DNA of 64,000 nt from NCBI GenBank assembly GCA_051294375.1, contig CM119264.1, forward strand, positions 7,504,151 to 7,568,150, written 5' to 3'. The notes beneath the pieces are model-generated. The model was not told the origin of the DNA, made no database searches, and was given only the letters and a program-made list of their open reading frames with translations. The translations under genes and the position numbers were made by a program. Below are positions 44,790-64,000 of the stretch, in pieces; the stretch's first letter is position 1; each line of letters begins with the position of its first letter. The DNA is from Paraspadella gotoi. Lineage: Eukaryota > Animalia > Chaetognatha.

Positions 44790-45139
44790 AGAGAGGAGTG
44801 AGCAAGATTAAGTCTCCGATTGAACCATTCGTTAATTTCTTTATGCCTTAACTTGTCTTCTGTACCTTTTAACTTTGCAATTACTAAAACGCTTGCCTTA
44901 CTTTATCTATTATAAAAATGTAACATTTAAGTAAGTAGACAAACAGATAGACAGATGAAAAGACATAAAGTAACAATAAGAAGGGAGACATAGAGTCTTT
45001 ACTAAAAAATAAGATTTATTTTGTTATTTCCTTAGAGAAGAAAATGCTTTTGTAATCGCTAATATAGAAAATTAAAAAAATGAAAATATTTGATGAAAAA
45101 AATTAAAAAATATTAAAATCGTTTATATATTTTATTCAT

Positions 45140-45251
<112 letters not shown>

Positions 45252-45773
45252 ACTCTCTGTCTCATTCACTAACGTAACTTTTCAAAATCCGGAAAGTTAA
45301 TTTCTTAATTCTAGTAATTCCCTTTTTTGTTTGCTCAATTTATTAAATTAAAATAATCTTTTTCCTGATATAACAATAACAAAAAACTTTCGTTCCCTCA
45401 ATATTTGAGTTCCATTCAATATTATTTCCGATTGTAAATAGCGACGATGACGACGACCTCAACGAAGACAAATGAAAATCCGGGCTAAAAAATAAAACGG
45501 GTTTCTTCTTTTTGACCAGGAATTGGAACGCGGTTAGGAGGTGACACGAAAATGAGGTGAAGGGAAAGAGTTGGGGATAAGTTGGGGAACAGGTTAGGGA
45601 AGAATCGAAGAGGGATGCCTGGTGGAAACATTATCCTAGACTCATTGACCCGAAAATATTTTGCAAGTTTCGATGTTTTTTTTTTTCCTCTTGGAATTGT
45701 GTCGCGAAACCTTAGTAATTCTCGTCTCTCCCTTTCTACCTGATCAAACTTATCTCTGAGATAATCGAAAGGA

Positions 45774-45810
<37 letters not shown>

Positions 45811-47073
45811 AGTCGTTCGGTTATTCGTCGTGATTACAGTATTTTTTTCAGTGACCTTTCGGTTTTTCTGCTTGTTCGTGAAATCGGATTCTTTTTTGCC
45901 AAAAACAGAAAAAAGATTCGCATCAGACGCGAATAAATAAGTTTCTTTTGAAAAAGATAAAGTAAAAGATAAAATCGAATTATAAAAATTATGTTTAAAT
46001 ATTTTGTTTTGACGAAATCCACAACAAATTACGAGTCTCTCGCAGCGGAACCTCACACAGAACGGAAAATCACGTAGAAAGAAATATCTCGCTCCTTTAA
46101 ATCTCAGAAATTCGCCTCGTTTTATTCATTTTTAGTTTTCAAATCTCTAACTGTATGCAAAGTAAGTACGTTGAATAATATACTACCCTACACTACATTA
46201 CACTACACCACACGGAATTTCCTTTACTAATGTTGGATATGATGATAAATAAAGCCAAAGGAAAAATCACAAAGATTAGTAAATCTTTTTTTTTTACAAT
46301 TTTTTTTGTCTTAATCGATTCAATTTTCAAAACATATTTTCCTCTTATTATTAATTAAAATAATTAATAATTAGAAAATTTTAATGGAAATCTTTGTCAC
46401 GAAGTCATTGATCTCAAAAAAAAAAAAAAAAACTTGACGCGTGAAAAAAAAATATGGGAAATATTGATAACTGATAAAGAGAAGGAAAGGGGAGTCGCGA
46501 GGAGAGAAGGAGAGAAGAAGAGAGGAGAGAAGGAGAGAGGTAGAGAAGAAGAAAAGGAGAGAAGAAGAAAAGGAGAGAAGGAGAGAGGAAGAAGAGGGAA
46601 GGAGACGAAAAAACGGAATTATAATCGAAAAGCGAATAGAAAAGAATAGCAGCGTAAAATAAGCATAACAGAAAAAAAATATAGAAAAATTTTAAAAGTT
46701 CAAGAAAGGTTACAAAAAAGTCAGAATCAAATTTATATAACACGGATAACATGTACAAGAATAAAATAAAAAGAATGTAAGAAATGCGTAAAAAAACTAT
46801 AAGGAAAGGGAAAAGTTAAGAAAAAAGAGAAGTGATAAAAAAAGGAAGGAACTCCCTTGAAAAAGGAAAAAAAAAGTAAAGATGACAAATTTCCTTCGCC
46901 ATCTTTGACTTCGAGGACGAAACAAACGCGGAGAATTAAGGTCCCCCTCCTCTCTTCTCACCCCGACGACGACGACGATAACGACGTAAATGACGACGAC
47001 GTCGACGACGATAACGACGCAGCATAAAGAAGCCGAATACCGATCGGAAACAATAACGACCGAGGAATTCTTT

Positions 47074-47166
<93 letters not shown>

Positions 47167-47198
47167 CTCTCTCTCATCTTTTTCATCAAAGGTCATAG

Positions 47199-49258
47199 GT
47201 CTTCGTAATTGTCGACGTCCGCGAGTAGAACTTGCCTCTGCTCGTCGTCGCTCTCATCGTCGTCACCGGCGTCGTCGGAATGTTTCTCTGCCGACTCCCC
47301 GCTCGATGCCGGCGCGGGTAGAACTCGGCGATCCCATCTCGATTTCCTCCGGCGCCGCGCGATTGATTCGACGACGGCGCGGACGCCGACCGGGGATGGC
47401 GCCGATGAGACGGCGCAACAGCGGCGCCATCTCACCGGTCGAGGATGAAAAAAAAATGGACACGGCGAGATTGATAGTTTTAAACAATTCGACGCAAGGT
47501 GAGAAAAAAATTGATCTGATTTATTGATTTGTGATTAGATTCTTTATTATAGAATTTATGATTTTTAAGTCGGCATCTGCTTATCAGCAGATCCCGACTC
47601 TTCATAATCACTTTTTATAACTCACTTTTTCGTCCGTCGGTCCGCCCCCTTCCAATATTGTCGGGCACACACTTATATCATGTCAGAACTCGAATTATGA
47701 TAAAATTATGCAAAAAAATGATGTCCGTGGCCGTTCCGTTCCTGTGTCCGTCGTCGTCCCGTCCGTCCCACCTTAGCAAAAAACACCAAATTACTCGTGA
47801 TTGGATGGATGGATTTAAATGAAATTTTTTGTTTTGTGGCATAGGCTAAGTGTGTGAGTTGGCGGATATTTAAGTTTCGATGGACATCGTCGAGTGGAAT
47901 GATTTAAATGGAAAAAAACAAAAAAAATATATTCACTATTTGAACAACTTCACCACCTTGAGATACATGAGTGGCATGGCTGATTGACTGGAATTTTGTA
48001 CTGTGGGTCAGGAAAGTGTGTGATTGAACACGGAAAACTCAAGTCCTTCGAATGGAATAGTTTTGAGTGGAAATCGAGTTTTAATGGAAAAAAACAACCA
48101 AACCTGTTTTCTAATTGATTATGTTTCTTTTCTTTTATATTAAATGTATCTGCAGGATGTATTAATAAATCTAATAATTAATCAGTTAATTTAATCAATC
48201 TAGTAAATAAATTAATCAATAATTAATTTAATAGTCAATCAATCCGTCATACCGTCCCATCTTAGCAAAAAGTCCAATAACTCGTGATCTGCTGGTTGGA
48301 TTGGAATTAAATTTTGTGCTGTGGTAGGAAAAGTGTGTGATAAAGCTGGATATAAAAATCTTCGATGGAATCGTGTGAGTGGAAAATTAAGTTGTTAAAT
48401 GAAAAAAAGCATAAGTCGAATTTACTAAAATCTTTTTACTTATTTAACAATAAATACTCCGCATCATCATAATTGATTGGATAGATTGAGTTGAAAATTT
48501 TTGTGTGTGGGTAGGAAATACGTATGACGAAGCTTGATACTCCAATGTTCAGTGGAAACGTTACCCAGTGGGAAATGAGTTTAAATGAAAAAATATGATC
48601 ACATTTACTTGAATCTTTTTATTTATTTTAACCATGATAGATTGAAGAATGAATTTTGTGAGTCCGGTAAGGAAAGTGGAGTGAAAGAAGCTATGATATT
48701 AATAGTTTTGACGGAATGCCAAGTTGAAAAAATGATGCAAGTTGAAAAAATGATGCAAGTTAAAAAAAAAAATCTTAAAAGCATAAGGATCGTCGCTATT
48801 GCATAAAAAGAGAGAGAGAGAGAAGAGATTAGAGAGAGTAGAGAGGAGAGAAGATGATGAGTGAGAGAGATAAGAGAGAGAGTGGATGAGAGAGAGGATG
48901 AGAAGGAGAACATTAAAATTAAAAAATATCTTAAAAGACTCAAGATCGAGCAGAGCCACTATCATAGATTAATGTAAATAATCTGGAAAACAACGAATGA
49001 TATGCGACTACGAATTGTTTGTGTACTAGTAATTGATTGAGGTAATACTAATTGATTGATGTAATAGTTAATTTATTGATGTTAATAGGAATGCTATTAA
49101 ATTGATTTCGATGATATATCAATTATTGATGCGATGATAGTGCATTCATGCTGTGATGATAGTTCTTTCAGTGATGCGATGATTGGTCATTCATTGATGC
49201 GATGATTGTCCATTCATGATTGCGATGATAGTCAATAAAAACCAAATGCGTGTATAGT

Positions 49259-49303
<45 letters not shown>

Positions 49304-49835
49304 GAGAAGGAAAGAGTAGAGAGGAGAAAGAAAGAGAGGAGAGAGAGAAAGAGAAGAGAGAGAGAGAGAAAGAAAAGAATATCCACGATAAATTCGGATC
49401 GAAGTATGGGAATTTTGTATTGAAAAAAGCGCGGGAATAAATGGCACACAATAAAGTTTTTTAGAAAGGAAAAAATAATCAGAATTTTTTCAAAAAACAA
49501 ACGAATCACGCAAAAGATCGGACAGATAGGGACAGACCACAGAGAGACAAGAAGACAGACGAGAGAGAGAGAGAGACAGCCGCTGGGCAGCGAAAAAGAG
49601 AAAGAGAAGAGCGATATATAATAATTAAAAAGAGAGAGACGAGCGGAAGCTCTACAGCCCCTTTACTCGTTAAAGAATCAGCACGTACTGTGATGGCGGC
49701 CGCCGTAAGCATGAGCTATTCCTCTACCAACGGACCCGGGTTTCGCGCCTGTTCCGTGGCGTCGTTTTTTTTACATTAGTGAATCGCCACATTATATTAA
49801 AAATTTTTTTTGTAAACAAGAGAAGAGAGAGACGA

Positions 49836-49907
<72 letters not shown>

Positions 49908-50972
49908 AGAAGCTGGACAATCGCTGCAGAGCGCGGAACTCGTTTTTAGAAGAAGCAGTGACGGAGAAAAAAGAGAGAGAAGAGAGACATATAATTAACA
50001 GTTTTTGTTTTGTAAATAAAACATAAACAAATACGCAATATTGATATGAACATGAGATTTTAAAAGATCTTGATGCTTAGAAGCCATATCAATGAAAATT
50101 CAACCCCTATGATATCCACACTTTCAGAAGCCATGATTGCAAAAAAGCGAGACCGTAAAGCTAAAACCGAAAAAATCGAGAACAGGATGGGCTTTTGCCC
50201 CGCCTGCTCGTTTTAATAAGATATTTGTTTTGTATTTATGGATAAAAATGTAAACAACATTTAATAACTGTCCTTGACTCAATTTTAAGGACATCGATGA
50301 TGCAAGCTGAATATAAATTATAATCTAATCTATTAATTTTAATTAATTAATCTATTAATTAATTATTTACATCTATTATTAATTATTAATTAATTAATCA
50401 ATTAATTAATTAATTATCGTAGGCAGATCCGACATATGTTTGCTCAACTTGTTTTAATTTATTGATTTATTGATTTAGTGAATCTTGAGTTTAGTGAATT
50501 ATTAATTTGTTGATTTGTTGAATCACTATGACTTATCAAAATTTATTCAAAATTATTTGATAAAATCGTAAGAGCTTTTTGTTACTCCTGATCTGTTAAG
50601 TAAATAATGATTCTTTTTTTAATCCTCTTTCCGTTTTTGCCTCCCCTCCTCCTCCTCCTCCTCCTCCTCCCCCCTTTTCAGCCGCTCCTCGTCTTCTCAA
50701 TCCCGCACCGCCTGCGTACGGCTGCCCTCTCCAGTACCTCACTACGTCGCCGGGCGCCCGCAACTCATCGGCTCGCCGCCACGCCAGAACGCTGTCTATT
50801 TCTTCCCCGTCTGGCGCCAAATCGGCTTCAACTCACGACCGCGTTCCCTCGCGCCCTGAGGGATGGGTACGACGTCGGGCGTGCCTCCCGAAGCCTCGCT
50901 CGTCGGATTGGCGGGAAATTGAAACGGGAATCGTTGAATTGACGATACTTTGCGGCTCGATATGGAATACAG
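47199..50972 (+). CDS. Candidate exons of an unidentified gene (47199-47498 and 50681-50972; noisy second copies at ~62028-62332 and ~62631-62909)
   Basis: GC-rich blocks bounded by pyrimidine tract-AG and CAAG|gtgaga / ACAG|gtgata. A phase-1 join gives an open frame (MAPMRRRNSGAISPVEDEKKMDTARLIVLNNSTQ-AAPRLLNPAPPAYGCPLQYLTTSPGA...), but the two copies disagree in frame and I recognise no family. Confidence 0.35.
47562..50453 (+). mobile_element. 2.9-kb HINE/Helentron-type element with internal non-family cargo
   Basis: Begins with a TTTTTAAGTCGGCATCTGCT-TATC-AGCAGATCCCGACT hairpin and ends GGCAGATCCGACATATGTTTGCTCAACTTGTT. It is absent from the equivalent site in copy 2 (~62402-62408, a plain T-run). 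Confidence 0.8.
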
Positions 50973-51238
50973 GTGATAAGAGAGAGGAGAGAGAAGAGAG
51001 AGAGAGAGAGAGAGAGTTAGTGATGAGAGAGAGACGAGAGAGGAGGAGAGGAGAGAGAGAAAGAAAGGGTGCGAGAGAGAAGCAAAGTGAGAACTGACGT
51101 GGAGAAACAAATAATAACGAGCTTTCCTCTCCAAAATGTTTCGAAAGGAATCACGGAGTCAACGCCGGAAGAATACCATAGAAAAATATTGATTTTTGAA
51201 AGAGAAGAGAGAGCAAGAAGAGAGAGAAAGTAAAGAGA

Positions 51239-51276
<38 letters not shown>

Positions 51277-52085
51277 AGAGAAGAAGAGGAGAGAAGGATA
51301 TACGACCGCTGAAGGTCATTTTTACATTTCTACGAATTTGATTACTCTGACCGGACTATTTCTAGTGTGTTCACTTCAATTCACCATAGAGTGGCGATAA
51401 CGATTCAAACATGGCGCTACTTAGATGGGATTATTTAGATAGATAGCAACTCCCTTTGTCGGGAAAATAATTCTTTGGATAAAATCTACTTATTAGCCGA
51501 AAATTGATGGTGATTCAATTTCAAGTTTGATATTTAGTTTCATCCCGTTTTCATCACAGGAAAACCCGGCTTTGTTATCCAGATTCAAGGTGGGCGCTTT
51601 TTAAAAAGTTAAGCTTGAGTCTTAGAAAGCTTATCGTCATCCTTTCCTTTACCAAATATGCGTCTCTCCCGAAAGTATTAAAGCGCGCGAAGTCGATAAC
51701 GATTTAGGAGATTTATAAGCGCCGGGTCCTCCGGAGAACAGTTGGAAGCACGCGCTGTTCAACCTGCAGGTGTCCGAAAAGCGGTACGATCTCTTTCCCC
51801 CCCCTTCCCACTATGGCCCCTTTCGCTCCCCGATCCGAAAAATAAGGCGCGACGACGTGGAGATTTACCGTCTCCATCGCCAAAGTCATTAACTTTGCGT
51901 TTTCACGAGTCTTTCGGTTGACTCCTCTTCGTTCTTTACACTATGCGTTTTTTCCTCACTCAGGTACGCCCAAATGGAACCAGAAACTTTTTTTGATTTC
52001 GTTTCCATTGAAGACGGTGAGCCTTATGTGAAAAGAACTTGGACAGGTGCGTGGTGGTTCTTTTTCCGGTTTTTAATGTAGTAAT

Positions 52086-52531
52086 TTTTTTTTACGCCGG
52101 ACTCTGCTTACGGGCAAGATTCCGTCTCTATAATTCACTTTGTCGGTCGTCGGTTCGCACACCAATCTTGTAGGTAAGTCAGTTAAATCATTCAGAACAT
52201 CGATAGATAATTTAATGGGAAAAAATTGGTTGTCCGTCTGACCGTCCCCCCTTAGCTTTGAACGCCAATTACTCATGATTGTTTTGGTCGATTGACTTGA
52301 AATTTTGTATGTGGTTAGGAAGTATGATGATTAAGCCGGAAATAAGTTTCGATGGAATCCTCCCCGAGTGGAAATTGAGTAAAAGGGAAAACAATCACTA
52401 AATTGATTTTGCTTCTTTTTTAATATTAAATGTAAAATGAATAGATATACTATTTAATCAAATATCTTAATAGTTAAATTACTCAATTAGTCAATTAATT
52501 AAGCAATAATTAATTAATTTTCCATTCAAAC
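52086..52531 (+). mobile_element. HINE/DINE-1-like element running into the N-gap
   Basis: TTTTTTACGCCGGACTCTGC...CTCTATAATTCACTTTGTCGGTCGTCGG start and GATGGAATCC...GAGTGGAAATTGAG subrepeat, as in the other copies. Confidence 0.7.
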
Positions 52532-52556
52532 NNNNNNNNNNNNNNNNNNNNNNNNN

Positions 52557-64000
<11,444 letters not shown>

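Overview
AT-rich, intron-containing animal (probably invertebrate) genomic DNA with abundant (CT/AG)n microsatellites, four N-gaps and locally error-prone sequence; the species cannot be determined. Most ORF-track entries are microsatellite artefacts, so gene models were assembled by hand from GT-AG boundaries and exon phases. Genes found: (1) five N-terminal exons of a Cys-loop ligand-gated ion channel (+, 5420-11567), whose 3' half I could not find; (2) a centrin/calmodulin-like EF-hand gene (-); (3) an orphan coiled-coil gene (+); (4,5) two tandem paralogues encoding secreted proteins with an amphipathic-helix region and two 6-Cys WAP-like domains (+); (6) a 13-exon gene (-, 38297-24889) that splices two complete DNase I domains into one ~664-aa secreted protein with a (GE)9(GD)4 acidic tail, and whose second domain lacks the conserved disulfide; (7,8) a CYP2-clan P450 and a NAT16-like acetyltransferase, each nested antisense in a DNase intron. 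Repeats include Helentron/HINE (DINE-1-like) elements, Penelope-type inverted repeats with minimal hammerhead ribozymes, a LINE fragment and SINE-like pieces. From ~39.8 kb onward the window is a ~12.8 kb segment present twice across an N-gap, most likely two haplotypes. Comparing the copies exposes a 2.9 kb cargo-carrying HINE insertion and its empty site. The most notable item is the tandem double-domain DNase I.
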